Assembly: GCA_963769935.1 (NCBI GenBank)
Contig: CAVYNY010000016.1
Span: 320,001-384,000, forward strand
Source of the DNA: an uncultured delta proteobacterium
GTDB taxonomy: Bacteria; Desulfobacterota; Desulfobacteria; Desulfobacterales; JAFDCJ01
Direction of reading: 5' to 3'
Length of the DNA stretch: 64,000 nucleotides
Under the pieces are notes generated by a model. That model was not told where the DNA came from and did no database searches. It saw only the letters and a program-made list of their open reading frames with translations. Both the position numbers and the translations under genes were made by a program. The stretch's first letter is position 1. The number at the start of each line of letters is the position of its first letter. Below, one piece after another: positions 30,054 to 39,711 of this stretch.

Positions 30054-30067
30054 GTTCATGGTTCGCG
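30005..30067 (-). other. Truncated attC-like site at the end of the 30056-30478 cassette
   Basis: Inverse core CGCGAAC overlapping the last codons mirrors the upstream core GTTCGCA; continues CATGAACTCATCCAGACGGG and is lost at the vapC end. Confidence 0.45.
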
Positions 30068-30478
30068 ATCTTCTTCATACCAGTCTATCTCTTCCCATTC
30101 TTCCCAAGTCACGCCGAATGGAGCTCCTCCCGGTGTGTATCCGGCAATGTAGGCAAAATTCTCGTCGGAGTCCGGTTCAATTCCATGATAGGCATCGAAC
30201 TCAAGGCGGCTGATTGGCATATGTATTTTCTCATCCTGGAGCTCTCGTGATATGGTCTCACGCAGCCGTGCAAGATAGACGGCATCAAATTTCACGCCAA
30301 GTGCGGTAAGGTCAAAAATGGCACACTCCCAGTCGATCCCGAAATATTTTCGGTATTTCTTCAGCATGTTCGATGGCTTGCCCCTATGTACCACAGCCCA
30401 GTCGGGTCCTTTGGCTAAACGGCGCTCTCGTCCTTTGAGCTTCTGCTTTGGCTTTTTCCTGGATTTTGGTTTAGTCAT
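30056..30478 (-). CDS. Conserved hypothetical protein, cassette-like
   Basis: 140-aa ORF with KYRKYFGIDWECAI and DSDENFAYIAGYTPGGAPFG; bounded by attC-like ends. Confidence 0.75.
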   Translation of the reverse strand: MTKPKSRKKPKQKLKGRERRLAKGPDWAVVHRGKPSNMLKKYRKYFGIDWECAIFDLTALGVKFDAVYLARLRETISRELQDEKIHMPISRLEFDAYHGIEPDSDENFAYIAGYTPGGAPFGVTWEEWEEIDWYEEDREP

Positions 30479-30492
30479 TTTGCTCTATAGGG

Positions 30493-30619
30493 TGCGAACC
30501 GACCGCTTCAGTGGCTGTAAAAAAAACTCTGGAGCGAATAGATGATTTTAAACACCTAAAAGCTCCTGATAATAAAGGCCGTCCGCCTTTGCAGCCCCTC
30601 TGCAAATGGAATGTCAGGC
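30493..30619 (-). other. Degenerate long attC site
   Basis: Plus strand TGCGAAC-CGACCGCTTCAGTGGCTG ... CAGCCCCTCTGCAAATGGAAT-GTCAGGC, paired ends between two minus-strand genes. Confidence 0.55.
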
Positions 30620-30635
30620 GGCATGCACTAAGGCA

Positions 30636-31112
30636 TTATTCCTCAAATGTTACATAAAATTCACAAACGTCATGGCCATTGCCTATGGATTTAACAAGTT
30701 CCACGCTGACTGGCCCTCGACAGACTAAAGAAAAAAGGCTCTCCATCATGCCTTGCGAACATAAACAATGGACCGGATTAGGCTTGGCAAGACCAGCTTT
30801 GACAAGGGTGCAGTTACATTCTTCGAGAATCAGATGAGCCGTATTGCCTTGTTTTTCCCAAAGATTGCTGAGATTATGGTTTTGTGATCGCCGCTTGTTC
30901 ATAGCCTCGAGAAGCTCGTCAACAGATTCTGGAATTTTTCCAAGAACTTGCCTGCAGTCATCAAAGAGTTGAACTGAACATTTTTCTCCAGCCGCTTTCA
31001 TCACTGCTTTAGTCAGATCCTGATTGCCATGTCCGGCAAGACAAGTCTCCAAAGCTTCAATCCAGTTCAGGTTCAGCTCAACAGCTTTTTGTGGAATTCC
31101 ATCTTTGACCAT
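30636..31112 (-). CDS. Cys-rich V4R-like (DUF6144-like) protein
   Basis: GEKC, ECNCTLV, HCLCSQG and KSIGNGHDVCEF motifs. Confidence 0.7.
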   Translation of the reverse strand: MVKDGIPQKAVELNLNWIEALETCLAGHGNQDLTKAVMKAAGEKCSVQLFDDCRQVLGKIPESVDELLEAMNKRRSQNHNLSNLWEKQGNTAHLILEECNCTLVKAGLAKPNPVHCLCSQGMMESLFSLVCRGPVSVELVKSIGNGHDVCEFYVTFEE

Positions 31113-31251
31113 CGTTGTTTCTCCTTGAAAGAAACCCTAACTTGTGGCCTAAGTACACCCATTTATAATTACGATGACGTATTCACAGTAAAATTCTTCC
31201 ACCACTGAGTCAAGATTCAATTCGTTCATCTTCATGCCTATTCGAATGCTT

Positions 31252-32232
31252 TTAGTATGGGCCACGGATTTGGCTGTGAATGCTGTTCAGGTACATATCG
31301 GAAAGCACCTGGTGAAGCGCTGCCGGAAGCGGGGGGATCTCCGAAACCGCGGCATTTGTTCTTGCCTGTTCCGGGGAACTGGCGCCCGGAATAATCACCG
31401 AGACGGCATCGTGGTCGAGGATCCAGCGCAGCGCCAATTGGATCATGGACATGCCCTCCGGAAGCACCGCTTTGATCCTGTCGGCCAGCTCGACACCCGT
31501 TTCGAAAGGCAGGCCGGCAAAGGTTTCGCCGACGTTAAAGAACCGGCCATCCCGATTGTAATTCCGGTGGTCCGTTTTCGCAAACGTCGTGTTTTTAGTG
31601 AATTTTCCACTTAGCAGGCCACTGGCAAGGGGCAGACGCACGATGATGCCGACGCCTCTGGATTTTGCCTGGGGAAGCAGCTCCGAAGCGAGTTTCTGGC
31701 GGAAAATATTGAAAATGACCTGCAGGGAAAGCAGTTCATCCTGCTCCAGGCAGAGCAATCCTTCCGCTACGGTTTCCACACTGGCGCCGAATTCCCTGAT
31801 CAGACCTTCCTGCTTGAGCTTGCGCAGCCAATCAAAGATTTCCCCCTGCCGGAGAACCTCCGGCGGAACGCAGTGCAGCTGCAGAAGATCAAGACTGTTC
31901 GCGCCAAGTCTTTTGAGTGACCCCTCCACCGAGCGGCGCAGGATGTCTTCCGAATAGTTGTCCGGATAGACATCATCCCCGCGGCCGAACTTGGTTGCCA
32001 CGGTTACGGGACTGGGACACTGCTTGAGAAAGCGCCCGATCAGATTTTCGCTGCGCCCTGCCCCATACACATTGGCGGTGTCGAAGAAGTTGACGCCGTT
32101 TGCCACAGCCGCTGCCATAATGGACATCGCCGTCTCTTCCTGCATGTCGCCGAAATCACCGCCGAACTGCCAGCAGCCAAGACCGACTTCGCCGATGTGA
32201 AAACCATCTTTACCCAGTTGTCGTGTTTTCAT
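31252..32232 (-). CDS. Aldo/keto reductase
   Basis: VGLGCWQFG, FFDTANVYG, VATKFG, LDLLQLH, RLPLASG, VIIPGA. Confidence 0.95.
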   Translation of the reverse strand: MKTRQLGKDGFHIGEVGLGCWQFGGDFGDMQEETAMSIMAAAVANGVNFFDTANVYGAGRSENLIGRFLKQCPSPVTVATKFGRGDDVYPDNYSEDILRRSVEGSLKRLGANSLDLLQLHCVPPEVLRQGEIFDWLRKLKQEGLIREFGASVETVAEGLLCLEQDELLSLQVIFNIFRQKLASELLPQAKSRGVGIIVRLPLASGLLSGKFTKNTTFAKTDHRNYNRDGRFFNVGETFAGLPFETGVELADRIKAVLPEGMSMIQLALRWILDHDAVSVIIPGASSPEQARTNAAVSEIPPLPAALHQVLSDMYLNSIHSQIRGPY

Positions 32233-32889
32233 ATTTTACCTTCTTTTGTTTGTCAATTTCACCGCAGCGCTGAGCACGCAGAGAAATTGTGTTATTTTTT
32301 TGCTTTCAGGTGAGAGGGTGGAAACCAAAAATCAGCAACCCTTAGGAACCTTAACTTGCTGCTGTGAACAAGATATCGCATAAGTGGCTTGATTATCTAT
32401 CAAGGCTCAAGACTTAAGGGGTTAATTAGCGCATTTGTCAAAATTAATCAATCATATGCCGAATTGTGCCCTTCCAAGTTTGCAGAACCCTGGGAATCGG
32501 GGAGACGGAGACGGCGTGAAACGCCAGCTCATAGTTCATAGCTGATAGACAAAGGCTCAAAGGAAAAAGCCCTTTTCGTTTCCGCTGTCCGAACTTCCCA
32601 ATAGTTACTCGGAAGAATCGTATAGCTGATGCTGGCGCGTTCCCCGCGTTTCAGCTCCAGCGTTCCCGTGCCTGCGATGCGGAAATGCGGAGTTGCCGGA
32701 ATTCGCCCAACCGAAAGGTTTGCTTTGATAATCATCTGCTTCGCGCTTTTTAACCGTACAAATTCGCCCGTCAACTGCCACCTCGGCATTCGGCGTAAAA
32801 ATTAAATGAAAATGATTTTTACAGACCCGATCCGGAAATTGTGTTATAGTACAAAGCGTAATGCAAAAATATGTATTTGTGGAGAAAAA

Positions 32890-33114
32890 ATGAAACAATT
32901 TAAGATAGTTGTCGAAAAGCATCCTGATACATACGTCGCTTATCCGCTCGGCATTAAAGGGGTAGTAGTTGGGCAAGGGGAGACATATGAGGCCGCATTA
33001 GCTGATGTCAAATCGGCTATTAAATTCCATATCGATACTTTTGGCGCTGACCAAATCGAAACCGACCCACAGATTTTGGAAGCTTTTATTGCCGAAACGG
33101 GGATAGCCGTTTGA
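32890..33114 (+). CDS. hicB: HicB-like antitoxin
   Basis: VVEKHPDTYVAYP...GQGETYEAALADVKSAI; GGAG RBS. Confidence 0.85.
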   Translation: MKQFKIVVEKHPDTYVAYPLGIKGVVVGQGETYEAALADVKSAIKFHIDTFGADQIETDPQILEAFIAETGIAV

Positions 33115-33350
33115 TATCGCAATTTCCCGCAGATGCTCCAATTAGAAAAGTGATGAAAGCCCTGGAGCGTTTAGGATTCACTGTGGTTCGTGAAGGGAAT
33201 CATATCGCCATGATAAAAGAAAACCCCGATGGAACTCGAACTCCCCTTACGATGCCCAATCATCCAACAATAAAGAAATCCACCCTACGAACTATCCTGG
33301 CCCAGGCAAAAATTTCAAGAGACGACTTTCTTGAAACATATGACTCCTAA
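33111..33350 (+). CDS. hicA: HicA toxin
   Basis: ALERLGFTVVREGNH...MPNH...TLRTILAQA. Confidence 0.88.
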   Translation: MISQFPADAPIRKVMKALERLGFTVVREGNHIAMIKENPDGTRTPLTMPNHPTIKKSTLRTILAQAKISRDDFLETYDS

Positions 33351-33403
33351 GGAGCTTCCCAACGATTCGATCTTCGCTGGACATGACCATTTGTTGGTTC
33401 GCG

Positions 33404-33660
33404 TCAGCGATAAATATCTTTCCGGTGTCCAACTTTTACAACCCAGACCGTCAATTCATCATCTTGTATAGAATATAAATTGCGATAACGCCCTTGCCGC
33501 AGCCTATACTCTCTGGCCCTGTCAATTTATAGCATCCGGAGGGACCAGGATCTTCGGCAAGCGCTTCGATGCGTTCGAGAATTTTTTTCAAATCCTTCTT
33601 GGGGATTACATAAAAATCCTTCTCCACCGACTTTTTGAAAAAAATCTTAAATGCGGCCAT
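33404..33660 (-). pseudogene. RelE/ParE toxin with one frameshift
   Basis: MAAFKIFFKKSVEKD...KLTG then, in a shifted frame, YRLRQGRYR..YSIQDDELTVWVVKVGHRKDIYR. Confidence 0.8.
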
Positions 33661-33790
33661 CTTTTTTCAGCCTCTTGACCATTTCTTCATAGCTGATCAG
33701 CGCTTCATCAGCTCTTTCATCAAATGCCGATAAATCTTCAGCATCATCTGAAAGCGCTTCTCCAACGGCTTCATTTACAAGATCTGAAAC
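33647..33790 (-). pseudogene. Antitoxin (CopG/RHH-type), 5' end replaced by a repeat tract
   Basis: SDLVNEAVGEALSDDAEDLSAFDERADEALISYEEMVKRLKKDGRI overlapping the relE start. Confidence 0.7.
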
Positions 33791-33985
33791 GGAGAGGGAG
33801 AGAGACGGTGAAACGGTGTGAAAGAAACTGAGAAGATCAGAAGAGCAGAAGCGCAGATTAAGAAACGGAATTAGAAGAATGAAACGGAGAAACGGTGAGT
33901 GCGGGAAGTGGGGAAACGGCGATGGGGTGAAAGGGAGATAAATTGAATCTCCCATTCACCGATTCACCGTTTCTCCGTTTCATTT
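33786..33985 (+). repeat. 8-mer tandem repeat tract with terminal inverted arm
   Basis: GAAACGGA/GAGACGGT/GAAGATCA units; inverted arm TCACCGAT-TCACCGTT-TCTCCGTT at ~33955-33982; shares blocks with 29099-29280. Confidence 0.8.
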
Positions 33986-33990
33986 ATTCG

Positions 33991-34712
33991 TTAATCCCGG
34001 CCCCATTTTTTAAGGTAGGCCCCGCACAGCTCCTCTGCCGTGGGGACGTACTCTTCCTTGGGGATCGCCAGCAGGGTGTAGTTGAGAAAGTTCTCCCAGT
34101 TGATGTTGCCGCTAGATGTTGCCGGCCCAGCTGCCGCAGCCGAGCGAGTCGGTCGTGGGCAGACCGGAGTTCCAGCCGCCGCTGTTGGCATGCGCATGGG
34201 GCATGTTGCAGACCACCCGCCCGACGTTGGCCCGCAGCGCCAGTTTCACCCGCCGCTCGTCGTTTTCCGTGTGAATCGATACGGAATGGCCTTCGCCGGA
34301 GAACTTGAGAATCTTCTCAACGCGGTCCAGCATCTCGTCAAAATCGCTCCACCTCCAGACGGTGAGCACCGGCGAGATTTTTTCGCCCGAAAAGCGGTCT
34401 GCCGGACCGATATTTTCGCCGATGACCATCAGAAAGCGGGTGTTTTCCGGGAACCGTCAACCCGGCATGTTCGGCAATGAATGTCGCCGGCCGGGCCACG
34501 ATGTCCCGGTTTAGGTGGCTGCCGTCCGGCCACATGTAATTTCTCAATTTTTCACGCTCATCCGTGCTGCACAAGTAGCCGCCTTCGGCTTTCAGGCATT
34601 CGATCATTTGATCGTAAATATCCTCATAAAGCGCCACCGCATTTTCCGAGGAGCAGGAGGCCGAATTGTTGGCGATTTTTGAAAGCCGGATCTTGTGGGC
34701 GGTCGCTGCCAA
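33991..34712 (-). pseudogene. Acylating aldehyde dehydrogenase (SauS/AdhE-ALDH-like), C-terminal half with frameshifts
   Basis: KIRLSK..NNSASCSSEN, FSGEKISPVL, GHSVSIH, LGCGSWAGN spread over three frames. Confidence 0.75.
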
Positions 34713-34987
34713 ATCGCACAGGGCAGATTCGGCCGGCCGGCGCTCACCCCAATGGCGCCGACGGCTGACGGCGACATGGAATGCTCCATGAACACCCCCA
34801 TTTCGTACTTGAGCATCTTTTCCTCTTCCTCGGTGGGAATTCGATTCTGGTACAATACAAACAAGGCATCGCAGAATGAATACCCCTCCTCGGCCAGCTC
34901 ACTCAGATCATAGCCGCGCATGACGGTTTTTTCTTCCGTCTTGTATGAAATGGCAGTCTTTCTGCGAATCAGCGGATCTCGATTCAT
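34710..34987 (-). pseudogene. Citryl-CoA lyase/citrate synthase-like protein, N-terminal fragment
   Basis: TAISY...MRGYDLSEL...EHSMSPS; joined directly to the ALDH fragment. Confidence 0.65.
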
Positions 34988-35024
34988 AATTTCCTCCCAT
35001 ATATTAGGTTTAAGTTATTGCCTG

Positions 35025-35129
35025 GTGGGAGTGGTTTCCAACCACGATTTTAAATAGCGGCCGGACCGAGTTGATCGCGCTTGCCTCCAGCCCGCAGGGC
35101 TTAAGCCCCGGAGGGAAAACCGCTCCCAC
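35025..35129. repeat. GTGG-type REP doublet (REPIN-like) with a 31-nt insert
   Basis: GTGGGAGTGGTTTCCAACCACGAT ... ATCGCGCTTG[insert]GAAAACCGCTCCCAC. Confidence 0.7.
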
Positions 35130-35180
35130 AATCAAAAAGGACCATTTTACGAACCTGAATAGGCAATTTTTCAGGGCGGA

Positions 35181-36053
35181 TTAATTGCTAAACCCGATAA
35201 ACACCACCCCGAGTGCGATCAACACGGCGCCGGCGATTTTCTGCGGTGCATGGGATTCTTTCAGCCAGAAAATCCCCAGCAGGGCTGAAAAGACAATGCT
35301 GACCTCGCGGGCAGCGACCACATAGCTGACCTTGCTGACTCGAAATGCAAAAAGGATCATCAGATATGTGAATAGCACCAGAAAGCCGTCGATCAAAATC
35401 GGCCCCCGGTTGACCTGCCATTCCAATTTCAGGGCCGCGCGCTCTTTGACCAGCACATAAGGCGACAGCAGCAGCAGGGCAATGACAAACATCAGATAAA
35501 TGTAGACCGGCGGGTAAACGAGGCCGACCCCCACCTTGTCGACCAGGGAGTAGCCGGCAATGGTTCCGCCGGTGCAAAGCGCCCAGAGCGACGCGCTGCC
35601 CCGCATGGCCCGCAGGGGTTCGAAAAAGGAGTTTACGGTAAAGGCTTTCAGATGAATAACATAGATCCCCAGGACCACCAGGCCAATTCCAATGCCGCCG
35701 GTCAACGCGAGCCGCTCCTGGAGAAATATTACGGCCAGAACCGGCACAAACAGGGGCCCCGAACCTCGGGAGAGCGGGTACACAAGGGATAGATCGCCCC
35801 TCTCGTAGGCGCCTCCCATGAACCAGAAATACAGCGCGTGCAGGATGCCGGTGGCGATGATGCAAGCCCAGCCGGCCGGTGTCGGATCGAGGCTTGGCCG
35901 GAAGTACAGAAACATCGGCAAGTAGCCGATGGTGGCGATCAGCACAAACCACCAGATGAACGCCATCTTTTTTCGGCTTTTTTTGGCCAGCAAATTCCAG
36001 CCGGCGTGGAAAAGCGCGGCAACCAGAACGATTCCCAGGGCCAGGCCGCTCAT
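35181..36053 (-). CDS. EamA/DMT family transporter
   Basis: About 10 TMs, ALFHAGWN, GDLSLVYPLSRG, VAAREVS. Confidence 0.92.
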   Translation of the reverse strand: MSGLALGIVLVAALFHAGWNLLAKKSRKKMAFIWWFVLIATIGYLPMFLYFRPSLDPTPAGWACIIATGILHALYFWFMGGAYERGDLSLVYPLSRGSGPLFVPVLAVIFLQERLALTGGIGIGLVVLGIYVIHLKAFTVNSFFEPLRAMRGSASLWALCTGGTIAGYSLVDKVGVGLVYPPVYIYLMFVIALLLLSPYVLVKERAALKLEWQVNRGPILIDGFLVLFTYLMILFAFRVSKVSYVVAAREVSIVFSALLGIFWLKESHAPQKIAGAVLIALGVVFIGFSN

Positions 36054-36579
36054 AAAAGAGGCTCCATACGGATTTCTCTCTCCATTGAATCAAGCAACGG
36101 TTAGGGCATTATTAGTAACAAAAGATAGGGGCTGGAAGGCTTGCAAGCTTGGGGGCAAAAGCATAGTGGGCTTTGTGTAAGTCCCAGCATCCTCGCTTCC
36201 CGGTTTGCCGGCTTCCCAGCCATTGCCCCAATAGGAAGGTCATCAATCCCACTCTCCAATAACTAATAACCAATAACGAATAACTATTCTTTACGGCAGA
36301 ACCGCCACGCGAACGGCTTGGCCGGAATCAGCCAGTCGCCTCCCCTCGTTGATGTTCTCCAAGTTTAACCGGTTGATGGGTCCCTTCCAGCGAGTCGGGA
36401 CAGCTCAATTCGACTGAGATGGCCGTTCTGTTTCCGAATGCAATCACAAGGATTTACCGGTTTCGATGGTAACTCGGTCGCATGAAATAAAGCATAAGTC
36501 AAAAGAAATAATTTCATGGATTGCATAATAAATAGTTATTTTTTGAGCCGGCTAATCGTTAGTTACATTACAGGCCTTT

Positions 36580-37159
36580 TGATATTCAAGAAAATCTTAG
36601 AGACAGATCCCCGGAGTTGAGGTAGCGATTGAGATCTTCGGGGCCGAATCGCCAAATCATCCGAAGATTTTAGTTTCCAAGGTCCAGGGTCTTTTCCCAG
36701 AGCCAGCGAATTCGTTCCTGATGTTCCGGCAGCTTGCCGTATCTTTCCAATATATAGTCCAAACGTTCGTGGAGTCCGACGATCCTGTCATGCAGCACCC
36801 GCTTGTCGGCGTAATTGATAATCTCCGCCTCCCCAAGCGTTACCGGATCTCGGATATGCATCCAGCCTGACATGCTGTCGAACGAGTTCACCGACCTCGG
36901 GATAGCCACGCTCGGCCAGGAATTGACCGCCGGTCAGCGCATGGTTTTCTTCGGTTTTAAAGCTGCGGGTCTTGGTGATGTCATGCAGCAGGGCCGCCGC
37001 CCGGATCAAATTATAGTTGAGCCGATGGTGCTGTGCGTTTAAATTTTGCGCCAGGAAGGTCGCCACCCCGCAAACCTGCAGGGAGTGGCGCACAATATGG
37101 TCCATCATCTTCATTTCACACATCAGAAGATAGCACTGTTCAATGGTTGGAATCTGCAT
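36580..37159 (-). pseudogene. HDIG/HD-domain phosphohydrolase with frameshifts
   Basis: HIVRHS, LLHDITK, VRQHV then, in a shifted frame, YADKRVLHD; 3' end approximate. Confidence 0.75.
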
Positions 37160-37353
37160 ATTAAAGTACACTTTCATTTCAGTTTTTCATCAGGAATTGA
37201 TGCGATCTTGCTTAAAAAAGTGCTAAATTTAAATGCTTCCCCGATTGGTATTTGTCAATCTTTAATTATTGCGCCCCGAAAATCGGAGATTGACAAAGTC
37301 CTTACAGCCATTTAATGAATCGGGCAGCCCGGGAGTTTTTTGCGATATAGTTT

Positions 37354-37427
37354 GTCATTCCTGCGAAAGCAGGAATCCCGAGAATTCGGTGCCGAGTGGC
37401 CTGGATGCCCGCCTCCGCGGGCATGAC
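37354..37427. repeat. Palindromic GTCATTCC...GGCATGAC repeat (RPE/dRS3-like)
   Basis: GTCATTCCTGCGAAAGCAGGAATCC ... GGATGCCCGCCTCCGCGGGCATGAC; related copies at ~49686-49771. Confidence 0.7.
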
Positions 37428-37497
37428 CAATAGCATCCCGGCCATTCAATTAATCTGCGCTTAATTACCGTATTGTTAAAGGCCCCAGGAGGTACAA

Positions 37498-38229
37498 TTG
37501 AAGGTCGTTGTTGTCAGGGAAGCACCCGAAGATATAAAGCAGTTGATTGCCGAACAATTTCCTGCCGATTGGCAAATCGTTACAATACCGGCTCAATTTT
37601 TAATCGATGAAATCGGTGATGCGGATGCGCTCATCCCCGAGGGCGCCCGGATCGACGCCGCCGTTCTGGAACATGCCAATAATTTGAAACTCATTCAGAC
37701 CGGAGCCGGCTGCGACAACGTCGATATCGATGAATGCCGCCGCAGAAGCATTCAGGTGGCCAATGCATCCGGTGTCAATGCCCGGGCGGTGGCCGAGCGC
37801 TTCCGGTTTTTCGCAGCGAACATCGCCCGGCATGATGCCGGTATGCCGATTTTGAACGAATTGCAGCGGGTCGGAAGCGGTGCCAAAAAGGCCGGCAAGG
37901 CAATTCCCCGGATAATTCTGCCCGAAGGGTATAACGGCAAAATCCTTCTGGTGTCGATATCCGGCGACGGCATTGAAAACTCGGTAATCCTGCGATCCGG
38001 CGACCTCTGGCACCGTGAAATACTGCGCAATACGGAGAAAGAAATTCGCGATCTCGGATTCAAAAACGCACGCGTCCACGAATTAGGCGGCGCCTACCTG
38101 CGTTTTGAACCCGACGGGACCATCGTCATCCATGGCTTCAGCCAGCAGTATGGCGCCTGCGACAAGGAATATGCCGCCAAGCTTGTCAGAGCCGCGTTTG
38201 TAGGAAGACGCGTGGCGGGTGAAGATTAA
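37498..38229 (+). CDS. D-2-hydroxyacid dehydrogenase substrate-binding domain fused to a Janus/Ocnus (PHPT1-like) domain
   Basis: aa 1-120 LKLIQTGAGCDNVD...NARAVAE|RFRFFAANI (no NAD domain); aa 136-243 IPRI..GKILLV..LRSGDLWHREI..LGGAY..IHGFSQQYGA; GGAGG RBS and TTG start. Confidence 0.75.
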   Translation: MKVVVVREAPEDIKQLIAEQFPADWQIVTIPAQFLIDEIGDADALIPEGARIDAAVLEHANNLKLIQTGAGCDNVDIDECRRRSIQVANASGVNARAVAERFRFFAANIARHDAGMPILNELQRVGSGAKKAGKAIPRIILPEGYNGKILLVSISGDGIENSVILRSGDLWHREILRNTEKEIRDLGFKNARVHELGGAYLRFEPDGTIVIHGFSQQYGACDKEYAAKLVRAAFVGRRVAGED

Positions 38230-38317
38230 CCTTAACGTTGCACAGATCAGTATAAATTTTCAAGAGGGGTAGGCGCAAATCAAAATCTCAAATTATTTGG
38301 TGCTTGGAATTTGGAAT

Positions 38318-39697
38318 TTATACATTGCCGGCGATTTCTTTCAAGGGGCTCTTACCGACCCCCGGCCACACCCGCACCACCCCGAACACGGCCCGTATCC
38401 ATATCCAGGCACAGGTGATAATCCACAGCCAGGTCAGGGCATCCGCCCGGGTTTGATCGACCAGAAAAACAGCCGACCCGCAGCAGAGGGTAGCCGCCAG
38501 CATGACATTGCGCAGAAAACGAAAGTCTCCGGTACCCCAGTGAATTCCGTCGGTGGCATAGGCCAGGGCATTGACCGGCTGCGAAACGGCGGATACAATC
38601 CAGGCCGGAATAAAAACCGCCGCAGCCGTCGGCGGTACAATCAGGTCTAAAATTGCACCCTGTCCGAACAACATCATGAGCGCCAGCGCCAGTCCGGTTG
38701 CCGCACTCCAGCCAAAAACATAATAGGCCACCCGCCGCGCCTGTCCCCGCAAAGCCGGTCCCATAAAAAAGCCCACCAGGCTTTGAGCGGTCACGGCATA
38801 AGAATCAAGCAAAAGCGTGGTAAAGAGCCAGATCTGCCGTATGGCCTGATGGGCCGCCCCGGCGTCGGGTCCGATGCGGGTGGCGACGCGGGTCGTCAGG
38901 AGAAAAAAAGCAGTGGCCAGACCGGTGCGGATAAACATTTCACCGCCGATCTGAAACAGCCGCTGAATATCGCGCACCCGAATGCCGCCGGGAATGCCGA
39001 TTTTGCGGTACAGAACCACTCCTGCTGCCGCGGCCCCGACCCATTGACTCACTACGCTCGCCAGCGCAGCCCCGGCCACGCCGAGTGCCGGAAGCACCCC
39101 AAATCCAAAGATCAGAAGAGCGTCCAGGATGATATTTAAAACATTGATGATCAGCGCAATCCACAATGGACGGCGCATGTCCTGCAGCCCTCGGAAGATG
39201 CCGAAGGCTGCCAGCGTGAACAAAACGGCGGGAGCACCCCACAGCCGGATGCTCAGGTACTGGGTGGCCAGGAAGTGGACAGTACCCTCCGCCCCCATGG
39301 CCGTTGCGAAATAAGAAACCAGCGCCAGACCGGCCGCCAGGAGCAACAAGCCGAAGATAACCGCCAGGGCCAGCGCCAGCCCGCCTATTTCAGCGACGCG
39401 CCGCAGGGACTGCCGGCCAAGGGATTGGGATACTTCGGTTTGCGTCCCAATACCCAGAAAATTAAAAATCCAGAAAATGCCGGACAATCCGACGGTGCCG
39501 ACGCCAAGGGCCGCCAGCGAGACAGATCCCAGCCGGGATATAAAGGCGGTGTCCACCAGTCCGGTCAACGGCTCGGCAATCAGCGACAGCAAAACCGGCA
39601 GGGACATGGCAATCAAAGTGGTATTGGGGGCGTGAATAAAGGGATGGGCGCGAGGCGCCGCGGAGCCGGCAATTATGTTAGAATCGGAGGGGCGCAT
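38318..39697 (-). CDS. MATE family efflux transporter (DinF-like)
   Basis: AEPLTGLVDTAFISRLG, GIFRGLQDMRRP, about 12 TMs. Confidence 0.92.
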   Translation of the reverse strand: MRPSDSNIIAGSAAPRAHPFIHAPNTTLIAMSLPVLLSLIAEPLTGLVDTAFISRLGSVSLAALGVGTVGLSGIFWIFNFLGIGTQTEVSQSLGRQSLRRVAEIGGLALALAVIFGLLLLAAGLALVSYFATAMGAEGTVHFLATQYLSIRLWGAPAVLFTLAAFGIFRGLQDMRRPLWIALIINVLNIILDALLIFGFGVLPALGVAGAALASVVSQWVGAAAAGVVLYRKIGIPGGIRVRDIQRLFQIGGEMFIRTGLATAFFLLTTRVATRIGPDAGAAHQAIRQIWLFTTLLLDSYAVTAQSLVGFFMGPALRGQARRVAYYVFGWSAATGLALALMMLFGQGAILDLIVPPTAAAVFIPAWIVSAVSQPVNALAYATDGIHWGTGDFRFLRNVMLAATLCCGSAVFLVDQTRADALTWLWIITCAWIWIRAVFGVVRVWPGVGKSPLKEIAGNV

Positions 39698-39711
39698 GTG
39701 CAATGTTAAAG

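Noticed and set aside
32529..32810. Minus-strand ORF fragments upstream of hicB
   Set aside because: No family motif I can support
36330..36525. ncRNA or ROK-type HTH remnant (IRKQNGHLSRIELSRLAG) on the minus strand
   Set aside because: No recognisable RNA motif; protein resemblance is short and broken by stops
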